DNA of 64,000 bases from Ruditapes philippinarum (GCF_026571515.1 NW_026865402.1:248001-312000), one strand, 5' to 3'; positions 1-12,232 are shown, numbered from the stretch's first letter. The notes: generated by a model not told the origin, from the sequence alone. Translations and numbers: made by a program.

Positions 1-894
1 GTCCTAGCTAGGTGTATTTAAAACATTTATTTATATGATGTACCACTAAATATTCATCAGACTTTACATGGGGTCCTTATTAATAAAATCTTATATTGTT
101 ATCAAATTCTTTCATCTGATGATTGTAGAATAATTGTTTTGTAGGCGATAGCAACTGGCAGATCTAGACAAGTTTCCGTATTTGCTAGTAATATAAAGTG
201 GGGAAGGTAAAATGGCTGTAAAGATTGGATGCATTTATCATTTTGCACCCCAAATAGCGTACTAAGAAGTGATACCTTTAACTGCCTTTTTATACACATT
301 AACAGTAGTCATACTAATGCATTGTACTTTACATATGTTATAACATTTAGTGTAAGTTTTTTAAAATCTTGAAAAAACTGTTGAAAATCGTTGAATAGAC
401 TGTTGTGAAATTTTCTACAATTTTAAGTGGCCCTGATTTATCTTGAACAAATTATCCATAGTGATTACCCTGCTGTTTGAATTTAGGTTAATATATTTCT
501 GAGAGTGACCCGAGTGGGTCATGTCGTTTTTATTGAATTTCTAAGAAAGATCAAGACTTGTTGAAAATGTACCAACCTTTAAATGAAAAAGTTTTGATAG
601 ATGCATTAATAGCTAAAATAAATTTAAAGTATAATTTCTCCTTCCATTTATTATTGGCTAAAAATGGCTTAACTGATTGAATATTGGTTGTCCCGGGATA
701 CAGTATTCCCAATCACACTATACGGCCAAATTGTTTAGAAAATATTCTAGTGATAAAACATCACATACGAGATACACGAAGTAGAGCCTGTACACTAATA
801 AACATCTCTGTACAAATAGAACATTATTGCACAATATTCAATTTCGAAAAATATTGAGCACGAAACAACTTAAAAAATATCCCGTCTGTTATAC

Positions 895-1050
895 CTTTCC
901 ATACGTACAATGGTTTTCGTCGCTATCTCCCAAAACTGCGTTAGCATCTTCAACTAAATTCTCTTCTTCTTTCAAGTAATCAACCATTGAAATAACGGCA
1001 TCATCAGAAGTTTCCTGTTCAGCGTTCCCCGCCAAGTTTTCGCCCGACAT
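895..1050 (-). CDS. UBR7: UBR7 (UBR-box/PHD E3 ubiquitin ligase) first coding exon; rest of gene lies left of the window
   Basis: Hand translation gives MSGENLAGNAEQETSDDAVISMVDYLKEEENLVEDANAVLGDSDENHCTYGK, then a phase-0 GT donor at 894. It matches the recalled UBR7 N-terminus (V.S.VD.L.E.E.L..EA.AVLG.SD...C.Y..). Too short for the ORF track. Confidence 0.88.
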
Positions 1051-1634
1051 TTTTGTTTACATTGGGAGAAGTTCTAAAAATTATTATTATTATCAATAGT
1101 ATGCTAGAATTGTATTTTCTCAAAAAATTAAAAAGAAAAGATTTTTGACCAAACATATTTTACCAAATCTTATCGTATTTCAATTCGTCTTTCTTTAAAA
1201 GTTACTTTAAATTCAGTGCTAAAATAAATAATAACTTATCCCTTTCTTTTTAAGAAAAAAATTCGTCCTTCCGTTTATAACTTTCTGACTTGTTTGGATC
1301 TTGTATAAATTTGTTTCCTATATATGATATTTACTCTTTCGATTTAATGGTATGAATTGTTCAGGTACATGTTTAAATTTGTGTTGATATATAAAAATGT
1401 ATTTCTATAGTATTCGTACTCAGTATTTTCGTAACAATTCAAAAAATTTGTTAGAATTATAGTTGAGAGTAGGTAGACTATGTATGATTTTATTTCACGT
1501 ATTAAATTTTTATGCTCCCATAAAAATATTTAGGACATGAATTTTTATGATAAAGTGTTACCCTTGTGTGTACATGTACGGGTTGTGTTAATTTGCCTAA
1601 TTAATTTGGGCCTTTTGGCGTGAATAAACGGTTT

Positions 1635-3350
1635 GAATTAGTAACGATTCGCCACACTAACGATTCGTCACATAACGATTCGCCACAGAGTAATAACGAT
1701 TCGCCACAGTTAAATAACGATTCGCCACAGTATGATTATAACGATGATTTTTTAGTAATCAACAAAATTTTTCCTTTTGTTTTAATAATTTGACAATGAT
1801 AATGATTTAATAATGTTTCTTAATACAAGTAATATGAAGTTAAGGCCCCCATTGCGGATTTTCAATTTATCAAAGTAACATTATTACAGGAGTACATTAA
1901 CAAGAAAGTAATTATATGTTGAAATAATTATTGAATTACTCATAAACATAATTATATGTCAATTAATATTTATATATATATAAATATATAGTTCATATAT
2001 CATAATATATGTCAAATATTTAAACAAAGTATTGCAAAAACATGTGTTCATACGAAAATTGATTTACGATAATTGATTAAAGAACGCATATGTAAAACAT
2101 TTGTCACACCTTTAATTTAAACAAGCCAATCACCTTAGGATTGTTGTAGAAATATTTAATTGACGCCGAAATAATCCTTTAATTATCTGACAATGTATTC
2201 AGATTTCAAAACAATGCGGCAATTAAGCTTATGTTTGTTTACAAATTAATTTGAGCGAGCCGATATATGCCGATTTAAAGGGTTTAAATAGCTTAAACAC
2301 ATACATAAAATGGTATACAAACGAAAAATAACGAAATCAGAATCATCTTTTAAGTTGAATTGATTTATGTCACATAAAACAGAAAGGCTGCCAAAAATGT
2401 TCTCGGCTAATTATCCATTGTTTAGTAGTCTTTGAGACCACATTTATTTCGTAGACCATATGCATCTATCACATTTGAAATTTTATTTCCAGTACATTAT
2501 TAAATGACATTAAAACAATAATATAAATAAATAAAGATAAAATACCCACATAAATTTGTAGACATTTTTTTTATCTATTTTTATAACTTTAGCCATTACA
2601 ATTTAATACCTTCAAATTGATTCAATGTCTAGAAAAAGAAAGCTGTAGAGGCAAACGGGATTAGTTAACTTTCAAATCATTTAGAATGCTGGAAAAATCT
2701 TTCAAGTTTTTTTTTCATGAAATTCAAAAGATGGTCAAATTCCAATTCCTTCCAAAAGTTCGCAATAGTAATATTTATGTTGTAATGCGCTTTACACGTT
2801 CTGTTTGTATTCGTAAGAAGTTCTTCTAATTGTAGGTATGGCTATAACTTAAGTGGGCAATGAAAACATCTACTAGAAAAGACCTTAAAGGTAGTAGAAG
2901 GCATGGTTTATCCATCTAAAAATGTCATATTTAAAGATTGTCCGTGTACAATACATTACAAACATAATGGCATTTAAATATATTCAGAAATTCAAAGACA
3001 AATTACAAGACAAACTAAATATGGGCCGCTAAATATACGTACACGTATATTTTTCCAGTTTATATCTAAATAACGAAGTTATAAAATGTGTTATGTAATT
3101 TTGTTAATAAAATATTTGGTTTTCGTGTGTTTTTATTCAATAAAATGTGTATTTAGTGTAACTAATTTATGTAATTAACAAATGAAATATAAAATGGAAA
3201 AAAGTTTTCCATCAACAGTTTGAAAACAGATCTGAAAAAAAAATGTATTTGAACACGTGGCGAATCGTTATTTAACTGTGGCGAATCGTTATTACTCTGT
3301 GTCGAATCGTTATGTGGCGAATCGTTAGTGTGGCGAATCGTTACATTACC
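1635..3350. mobile_element. Non-autonomous foldback/Mutator-like DNA transposon with modular TIRs
   Basis: About 88-bp near-perfect inverted repeats (1641-1728 / 3257-3344), each made of five TAACGATTCGCCAC units. Flanking direct repeat AACGGTTT(GA) at 1627 and 3351. No internal ORF. Confidence 0.85.
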
Positions 3351-3567
3351 AACGGTTTGACCCATTTTACAATTTTTTTATTCTACTGTCAAACCGTGGA
3401 AAAAAGACATCGTCCGCCCAAAATTATCTGATGTTGTGATGAATTCAATGTAAAAAATCTGGCAGATATGTTTTCACAAAGTTCAAGAGACTGTATCATT
3501 AGCAACACCCAAGAAAATTAAAAAATGTTAAATGGCAAGGACATCAATATAGAAACATATTTCTGGT

Positions 3568-4753
3568 TTTAAGCACGACTTTCTTTTCAAGAAAGAAAAA
3601 GAGGTATTGTTACAGTCATGGCGGTCTGCAAACTTTAATGTTGATCTTTTTAAATTGTAGGCCTAGTGTGTTGTCCTGATACTTGGCCACAACGTTACCC
3701 TTAGGTAAACTGGACTAAACTTGACCTTCATTCATAAATGACCTTGTCATTCAAGGTCAAATGTCTAAATTTTGCTTGATTTTTTTCTATTAGCTATATA
3801 GCTGTAACTTTGTTATCTTTGAATGGATTGTCTTCAAACTTGAACACAACAATCTTTTAGGATATACTTTTCAAGTTAACCAGATGGACCTTGACCTTCA
3901 CACATAAATGACCTTGACCTTGAAGGTAAAATTACTGAAATTTTCTTTTTTGCACAATATTCTTTAGAATAAGACCTTCTCATACATCAAACTGGCATTG
4001 ACCTTGGCTCATTTATGACCTTGAAGGTTAAATTATTGAATTTTTAATGATTTTTGCTATAATTGACTGTAACATGGTAATTAATAAATGGATTATCTAA
4101 TTTATCTTCAAACTTGGACAAAACAGCCTTTTGGACAAGACTATCTGAAAGGTTTAAGTGACCTTAACCTTTGACTGACCTTGGCTGTCAAGGTCAAATT
4201 ATTGTATTTTAGGTCAGGACCTTCACGTATGACCTTGACCTGTGTATGGGTCAAATTATTGAATTTACACAGATTATTGCTATAACTGTCTGTAACTTGG
4301 TAATAAATCAATGGATTATCTTCATACTTGGACAAAATAACCTTTTAGATAAGACTTTTTAAAAGATAGAACTGAACTTGACCTTGAGCTTTAAATGACC
4401 TTGGCCATCAAGGTCAAATTATCAAAATTTGGTTAAGTTATGGTAAGTTTGTTGTAAATGTGCAAATCTGATTCATACAAAACAACTCTTATGATCAAAC
4501 TTACATGATGATGTTAGATAATCTAGATATGTATGACCTTGACTTAAATGACCTTAACTGTTGAGGCCAGATGATTGAATTTTGCTTATATTTTCATAAC
4601 TGTCATTTATTTATGGAAATGATTCTTACTTGGACAAAACAAGCTTTTTTTTTTTTAATTTTCTGTTAAAATATTTGTTAAAGTTGTTTATTTGTTTGCT
4701 TTTAAAAAGCAAAAGTAGTTGAGCATGTCTCCGCTCGGCAGTGGCTCTTGTTA
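3568..4753 (+). mobile_element. Degenerate Helentron-associated (HINE-like) element with TGACCTTGA-rich internal repeats
   Basis: Repeated TGACCTTGA...AAGGTCAAATT...TCTTCAAACTTGGACA modules. T-rich start and ...GCTCTTGTT end as in other copies in the window. Confidence 0.55.
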
Positions 4754-5003
4754 ACTTAGTGTTTATGGGTTTTTCCCCTGTATTTGACCACCATATTTGC
4801 CTTTATTTGGATGTATTGCTTTTAAAACTTCACATACTGTAGGGAGCTTTATAGGTGTTTGGATCTCAGTGGAGTTCCTTGAAATATGTGCTAAATTAAA
4901 TAATAACTTCAGTGCATAATACAAGGATACTGTTAGACAACTTTAAATGATTTTGTTTGATATCTTTTATCAAGGCACTGAGATGATTTTTTGATATTTT
5001 TAG

Positions 5004-6870
5004 GATGGAAAAGCAGTAGCAGGTAATGTCGAGGCATTGCAATCTCCTTTGTCGACATATGTTTTAAGACTCTGTCCAGGCTCAGAGATTGTTTCAAGTT
5101 TACAGAAGCTTTTGAAAGAGAACTATCTTGAAGCAGCATTTATTCTGACTTGTGTTGGGAGTGTTACAAAGGCTACACTACGTATGGCAGACAGTGTTAC
5201 AGTAAGAAACATTTGTAATCATCAATATTTGACAGTAACTGAATGTTGATTAACTTGTAGTTGTATAATAATTTTTTTACTTTATCATGCCCCTTTGAAG
5301 AAGAGGGGGTATATTGTTTTGCTAATGTTGTTCTGTCGGTTGGTCTGTCTGTCAGTCTGTCTGTTGGTAGACCACATTGTTTCCGTTGATTATCTTAAAA
5401 ACTCTATATCACAAAATCTTCATATTTCACATAGTGATTGGTCATAACAAGTAGATGACCCCTATTGATTTTGATGTCACAAGGTCAAATGTCAAGGTCA
5501 CAGGGGCCTTAAATGTCAGAATGGTTTCCGCTGATTATCTTGAAAACTATGCATCACAAAGTCTTCATATTTCACATAGTGATTGGTAATAACTAGTAGA
5601 TGACCCCTATTGTTTTGGGGTCACAAGGTCAAAGGTCAAGGTCACAGGGGCCTTACATGTCAGAACGGTTTTCGCTGATTGTCATGAAAAGTATTTATCA
5701 CAAAGTTTTCATTTTTCACATAGTGATTAGTCATAACGTGTAGATGACCCCTATTGATTTTGGGGTCACTAAGTCAAAGGTCAAGGTCACAGTGGCTTAA
5801 ATGTCATAATGGTTTCTGCTCATTATCTTGGTTACTATTTATCACAAAGTCTTCATGTTTCACATATTGAATGGTCGTAACTATTAGATGACCCCTATTG
5901 ATTTTGGGTCACTAGTTCAAAGGTCAAGGTCACAGGGCCCTTAAATGTCAGAATGGTTTCTGCTCATTATCTCGAAAACAATTAATCACAAAATCTTCAT
6001 TTTTTTCTTTTTTCCATAACTGAACATTTCCATGTACCCATTTATGGCAAGTTTCTATAACAAAATAACCAATAATGTGAGTCAAGGGCTAGAAAGGGGG
6101 ACATATGTGTCGTTCGACATTTCTTGTAAACATATGATTTTACAAGGTCAGGCATGGGGTTGCTAATTTTTATAAAAACATGCCATTTGTAAAACACAAA
6201 TATTCTATGAAAATAAACACATAGAATGTACATGTGACAGTGTGGTTATGATGCATGAATATTATCTATAATTATGTAAATAAATAATTAGAATTTGATA
6301 GGATCAAAAGCCCTGTTATTGACAAAATAGTTTGGGTGTCAAATTCTTATGTTTAATTTGATATAAATAACTACAGACATGAATATTCGAGAAGAACAAC
6401 ACAATTGTGGTTTTAGTGTATTTACAAGTTTTGCCTAAGGACATGACATCAGTTCATAACATCATTCCCTTAGGTGGCAGAATAAAAGACAACATTAATA
6501 TTTGTATTTCTAAATAAATGGAGTTCAGTTTGTAAACATGTACAAAACATGTTGCAGATATTGAATATGAATATTTCCTATACTGAAATATAAAAATATA
6601 ACCTTTATACAATTACAGATAAAAACATATGAGGGTCATTTTGAGATAGTCTCTTTAGTTGGAACACTGTCTGCTGGAGGTCATTTACACGGAAGTTTCA
6701 GTGATAAAGATGGAAAAGTGTTTGGCGGCCATGTTATAGGCGACTTATTGGTGTATACAACAGCTGAGATTGTTGTTGGGAACTGTCCGTTGTTAAAATT
6801 TGAACGTGAACATGATGATCAGTCTGGATACAAAGAACTTGTGGTTAAAAAAACATCATCAGATAATTAA
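5004..6870 (+). CDS. Stand-alone PPC (DUF296) domain protein, about 150 aa
   Basis: Exons 5004-5201 (tag|GAT..ACA|gtaaga, phase 0) and 6619-6870 (cag|ATA..TAA) give ...YVLRLCPGSEI...AAFILTCVGSVTKATLRMA...FEIVSLVGTLSAGGHLHGSFSDKDGKVFGGHVIGDLLVYTTAEIVVG...SGYKEL. These are the hallmark PPC motifs. The start codon is in an upstream exon (candidate 1347-1349). Confidence 0.9.
5281..6127 (+). mobile_element. HINE-like element with about 4.3 copies of a 145-bp monomer, in the PPC intron
   Basis: 5' hairpin CCCCT..GAAG..AGGGGG, (GTCT)n microsatellite, monomers starting at 5381, 5526 and onward, and a 3' GGGGACAT..TTCTTGT end. Confidence 0.75.
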
Positions 6871-7165
6871 CTATTATGTAAAAACATATTTTGTTTTATA
6901 AGCTGTTATTTTATAACCAGATACTTGTCATACTTACAGAGTGGAGATTAATATTGCCCTTTTGTAAAAGATCTCACAAAGGTGTATGAAATGTTGAGTT
7001 AAAATTTAATAATATAACATTGTCAGATAATGAACTGTTTCAGTTATATAAATATCAATTTAATAACCAGATAACTGTGATACTTAAATACTTAAGATTA
7101 ATATTGCTTCTTTTTCTTATAATTCTAACATAGATTAATATAATGTCAAGTTAAAATTGAATGAT

Positions 7166-8236
7166 ATGGCTGAAGGATTTCAGGAGGTAAAAAAAGTTGC
7201 TGCTAAAACAGATTGTTCGCTACAAAATTTAATGAATGCTATACATCAAGATGATAAGATAAAATGTGCTGAACTATTGTCAAATATTAGTGTGAGAAAA
7301 CTAAATCATTTGGTTAGATTGAAATACGAGGGGTATGCTGGTTACACAGTGACACCACTTCTATGGGCGGTAATAAAAGGTCATCATGAAATTGTTCAGC
7401 TTTTGTTAACAAAGAATGTCAATGTGGATAAAATCGGAACATATTTAGAGGGTGAAACATTGCATTCTACATCTTCTCTACTTGTAGCTGTGAGGAAACA
7501 GGATAGTAAAATAATTAAATTTCTCTTAGATAATGGAGCTTGCGTGCAACATGGGGTTCCCGGGCAGAGAATGGAAGAAGAAGAAGGGGGTTTCTTGCAA
7601 TATGAAAAAGACATAGTTCCTTTGAATGAATGTATTGGACGGGATATAGATATTTTCAAAATGATGTTGTCACATGCTGATATCACATTAGAATATGGCA
7701 CAGAAGAACATACCTGTCTTTGTTATACACTTGAACACTTTACAGATGATATGTCCAGTTTGAGTTGTATAAAGGAAGTGCTCAGACGTGGCGGAGTATT
7801 TTGTGTAAGTGAAAAATTGAAACATTCGTTTTTTTCTGGACAAAAAATGTGTTGGAACTTTAGAATATTTATGTGGATACTATTATCAAAGAAATGTGAA
7901 TTAGGTTTAGAAAGATACTCAATTCACATTAATTGCCTTCGATTATTGTTGTGTACGGACTACTCTCATAAGAATTCCTTCATTTATAATGTTTGTAAGC
8001 ATTTTCTAGCATTAGTTGAAGCAGAAGGTCCACAGTCAGAGTTTTGTGTTGAAGCAGTACCACCGGAGATGATTCAGATATTACAGTCTACAAAGATGCC
8101 GTCTTCTCTGCTACATATTACTCTAGCTGCAGTTAGACAATTGCTTAAACCGGTTAGTTATCAGAAACTTGAAAATCTGAATTTGCCAGATAGATTGGTA
8201 AAATGTCTTATGTTAGATGATATTTACAAAATGTAA
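7166..8236 (+). CDS. Intronless ankyrin-repeat protein with C-terminal SOCS box (ASB-like)
   Basis: 356-aa ORF from the first ATG (7166; the track start is a TTG). Ankyrin motifs TPLLWAVIKGHHEIVQLLL and SSLLVAVRKQDSKIIKFLLDNGA. C-terminal PSSLLHITLAAVRQLL...LENLNLPDRLVKCL fits BC box + cullin box. Confidence 0.85.
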   Translation: MAEGFQEVKKVAAKTDCSLQNLMNAIHQDDKIKCAELLSNISVRKLNHLVRLKYEGYAGYTVTPLLWAVIKGHHEIVQLLLTKNVNVDKIGTYLEGETLHSTSSLLVAVRKQDSKIIKFLLDNGACVQHGVPGQRMEEEEGGFLQYEKDIVPLNECIGRDIDIFKMMLSHADITLEYGTEEHTCLCYTLEHFTDDMSSLSCIKEVLRRGGVFCVSEKLKHSFFSGQKMCWNFRIFMWILLSKKCELGLERYSIHINCLRLLLCTDYSHKNSFIYNVCKHFLALVEAEGPQSEFCVEAVPPEMIQILQSTKMPSSLLHITLAAVRQLLKPVSYQKLENLNLPDRLVKCLMLDDIYKM

Positions 8237-8339
8237 ACTAAAAATCGAGAATATATAGTAGAAGTTATATCAAAGTTCACTATATTGTTCCATTCATATT
8301 TTTCAAAATCATATATATTGAAGATTGCAAGCCCCTGTT

Positions 8340-9325
8340 AACAAGAATTTGTAACAGAGTTACCGATGTCCCCAGCCTCAGGAACTGGTTCTTGTTGTAA
8401 CAAGTTGTGCCAAGTATTTTCAAAACCCCTTGAACTATGAAGAAGTTATAGATGGGACTCAAAATATACCCTATAACAGACTATGTTAATCTTTGACCTC
8501 TGTGACCTTGGAAGTAGGGGACCCATGTTTTGCGCCTGACATATTGTCTTATTATTGTGATTATTTGTGCAAAGTATTTTTAAAAATCCCTTGATCTATG
8601 AAAAAGTTATGGAATGGACACAAAATATACCCTATAACAGACTATGTAAATCTTTGACCTCTAAGTGTGACCTTGACCTTGGCATGACATATCATCTTAT
8701 CATTGTGACTATTTGTGCCAAGTATTATCAAAATCCCTAGATCTATGAAGAAGTTCTAGATCAGACACTAAATAAACCCTATAACAGACTTTGTAAATTT
8801 TTGACATCTAAGGGTGACCATGACCTTGGAGGTAGGGATGCAGGTGTTGCTCATGACACATCGTCTTATTACAGTGACTATTTGCGCCAAGTATTTTCAA
8901 ATCCTTTGATCTATGAAAAAGTTATGGACCGGACACAAAATATACCCTATTACAGACTATGTTAATCTTTGACCTCCAAGTGTAAGATAGGTGAACAATT
9001 ATTGCTCATGACGCATCATTCAATTGTGGCAAGTATTTACAAAATCCCTTCAAAGATAAGAAAGTTATGGGCCGAACACGACATATACCCTCAAATAGAC
9101 AATGTTGACCTTGAATGAGCAAGTGCGACCTTGCCCTGGAGGTAGGTGTCCGGTTGTTGCACATGACACATCATTTTATTATAACTAACATTTGTGCCAA
9201 GTTATTTCAAATTCCTTTGGTAAATGACAAAGTTATGGACTGGACACGAAAGTGTGACAGACAGACTGACGTGGGCCTATTTCTATATCCCCCTTATTTC
9301 TTCGAAAAGGCGGAGGGACAATAAA
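8340..9325 (-). mobile_element. HINE-like element with diverged 150-165-bp tandem repeats
   Basis: AAATATACCCTATAACAGACTATG recurs at about 8462, 8623, 8771 and 8938. (GACA)n microsatellite and terminal hairpin at 9255-9325. Confidence 0.7.
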
Positions 9326-9814
9326 ATGACTCCTATTACCAATATATCTTCATGCTTGTGCATCCAAAGGGGTATTGATATCACATTTATGCAATTATTT
9401 TATGATGTTGATAAACACTTGTGTGCTACTGAGCAAAAGGTTTGGTGCCTTTGATACATATTAGGTAGTACAGTAGTACTAAGGATTGTTGTGTCCAATT
9501 TTGAAGACAATCCATTTATAAGTAACAATTTTGTATCCAGTAAAAGAAAAAAACAAGCAAAATTCAATAATTGGATGTCATTGGCCAGTGGAGGTAATAA
9601 TCAATTTGGTCTTCATAAAGGTCTTATCCTAAGGATTATTGTATCCAATTATGAAGGCAATCTGTTCATAAATAACACAGTTATAGCCATTTATAGCAAA
9701 ATTCAAACATCTGACCTTGAAGGTCAAGGTCATTTATAGGTGAAGGTCTGGTTAACTTTAAAGTTTTGTTCAAAAAGTTGATGTATCCAAGTATGAAGGC
9801 ATAAAGAAATAATA

Positions 9815-10809
9815 AAACTAGAAATGTGTCCATAGGACACGGATGCCCCCACACGCCACTGTTCTGTCCATCTTATGATTTTAGGTCAAATATTTTTTGG
9901 ACTACAATTGTGCCACAAGTTGAAAACTAAAAATCAACAAAGGGCCATAATTCTGTTAAATTTGGTCACAGCAAATATTCCTTCCTTTACTACCATCTAC
10001 ACATTAAGGTTGTTCATCCCTGGAAGTTTAAGCAAAATCTGCCATCCGGTTTAAGAGGAGTTGCGTTCACAAAATTTCTACATAGTATATAGTGAAAAAA
10101 TCAACAAAGGGCCATAATTCTGTTAAATTTGGTCGCAGCAAAAATTCCTTCCTTTACTACCATCTACACATAAAGGTTGTTAATCCCTGGAAGTTTAAGC
10201 AAAATTTGCCATCTGGTTTAAGAGGAGTTGTGTTCACAAAATTTCTACATAGTATATAGTGAAAAAATCAACAAAGGGCCATAATTCTGTTAAATTTGGT
10301 CACAGCAAAAATTCCTTCCTTTACTACCATCTACACATAAAGGTTGTTAATCCCTGGAAGTTTAAGCAAAATCTGCCATCCGGTTTAAGAGGAGTTGCGT
10401 TCACAAAATTTCTACAAAGTATATAGTGAAAAAATCAACAAAGGGCCATAATTCTGTTAAATTTGGTCACAGCAAAAATTCCTTCCTTTACTACCATCTA
10501 CACATTAAGGTTGTTCATCCCTGGAAGTTTAAGCAAAATCTGCCATCCGGTTTAAGAGGAGTTGCGTTCACAAAATTTCTACATAGTATATAGTGAAAAA
10601 ATCAACAAAGGGCCATAATTCTGTTAAATTTGGTCACAGCAAAAATTCCTTCCTTTACTACCATCTACACATTAAGGTTGTTCATCCCTGGAAGTTTAAG
10701 CAAAATCTGCCATCCAGTTTAAGAGGAGTTGCGTTCACAAGATTTCGGGACGGAAGGACGGACGGACAAGTGCAACGCTATATGCTCCCACTCTGTGGGG
10801 GCATAAAAA
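9815..10809 (-). mobile_element. HINE-like element carrying about 4.9 nearly identical 167-bp monomers
   Basis: TCAACAAAGGGCC at 9934, 10101, 10268, 10435 and 10602 (period 167). Sub-terminal IR ATGCCCCCAC/GTGGGGGCAT, hairpin GTGTCCATAGGACAC, (GGAC)n microsatellite. Confidence 0.85.
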
Positions 10810-11749
10810 TCATGACCAACATTAAAGTTTTCAGAAAGCAATGCCAACAACAACATAACTGCAGCAGTAGCTCTTTTTTCTTCTTCAAAAAATTCGAGCA
10901 AATTGCCCTTGGATAGTAACCTCCAATTATGATCCTGAAAATATGTACATGTATTAAGTTTCAAGTGAGTATCTGCAGTAGTTTTTGAAATTTGATGTTG
11001 CATGTAAAACTTTTACCAAGAATTATCAAAGCCCAAAAAGTCAAAATTCATAATAGTTATAGGCCTTGGAAAGTGACCAATTATGATCTCAAATTACAAA
11101 TTAGTGTGTGAAGTTACAAGTAAATATCTATTGGAAAATAAAATATGATGTTGTACAAGAAGATGCATGTAAAACTTGAACAAACACTGGTGAGTTTTCT
11201 TCCATTGCACTTCTATGTAGTTGGAGTCCTTAGCAACATTTCAAAATAAAAAACAATTTGTATTCTCAATTTTATTATGCACAAAGGTAAGTAAAATACA
11301 TATCAATTATTGCATATAGATATTAATAAATATAAGAATATAATACTGTTTGTTAGTAAAACATAAGTAAGAGTGACATAATTATTTCTTAGGAACACAA
11401 AATCACTTCACAAAAAGGCTCATCAATGACAGCATAATTTTATATATTTTTTCTGAAGCAGCAATTTTGGAATAATTCTTCTAATATGATAAAGGGTTCA
11501 TCTTTAACAGGATTATAATGTGGCTGTATAATAATAATTGAAATAAAAAGTATCAATAAAACCAACCATATTTTATAAAATCAATTAAAATTGGTAATCA
11601 GATAATTCAGACTTTGTACTCCTCGGGTAGGTTGACAAGTTGTTGTCCATAAAATTGAAAGTTATATGCTGAGCACTGTTATTTAGTTCTGTCAGCTGTG
11701 TATCAAATCGTTCTCGAACAAAAGAACATGTGCATCATGACAAGTTGAC

Positions 11750-12232
11750 TTTGTTTTAACCTCTTAACCCTTTGTTTTAACTTTATAAAGTTTTGTCTTA
11801 AAATCATTACCCTTTGTAGAAAAAACCTCATTACACTTGGTTCTTACCTCATAACACACTGTCTTCATCTCATTATATTTTTAACCTCATTACATATCAC
11901 CCTTTATTCTAACTCATAACACTTTGTTTTCAAAATTGTTACCCTTTGTAACAACCTCACATTGTCTTCATCTCATTACATTTTATTTTAACCTAATTAC
12001 CCTTTGATTTAAATTCATGACACTTTGTTTTAAAATCATTAGTCTTTAATTGTTGTAAAATCATTACCCTTTGTTATAACCTTATTACACTTCGTTCTTA
12101 CCTCATTACACATTATCTTATACTTCATATCACTTTGTCTGTTTTAACCACATTACATGGTTTAAACTCTACACTTTATTTTAACCTCAATGCACTTTAA
12201 CATCATTTAACTTATATATAACCTCATTACAA
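11750..12232. repeat. Degenerate minisatellite, about 21-bp unit AACCTCATTACACTTTGTTTT
   Basis: CCTCATTAC/ATCATTAC cores recur at roughly 21-bp spacing. Confidence 0.65.

Noticed and set aside
102-299. 65-aa minus-strand ORF as UBR7 exon 2
   Set aside because: It lacks the expected G..KRQALYAC..C UBR-box sequence in a spliceable frame. Treated as intron.
1641-1728. Short regularly spaced repeats resembling a CRISPR array
   Set aside because: Units are 14 bp with 1-6-bp gaps and are mirrored at 3257-3344 as a TIR. There are no cas genes and the context is eukaryotic.
10593-11003. Overlapping 107-aa and 94-aa ORFs
   Set aside because: They lie in the 167-bp array and the element terminus, with no protein features.
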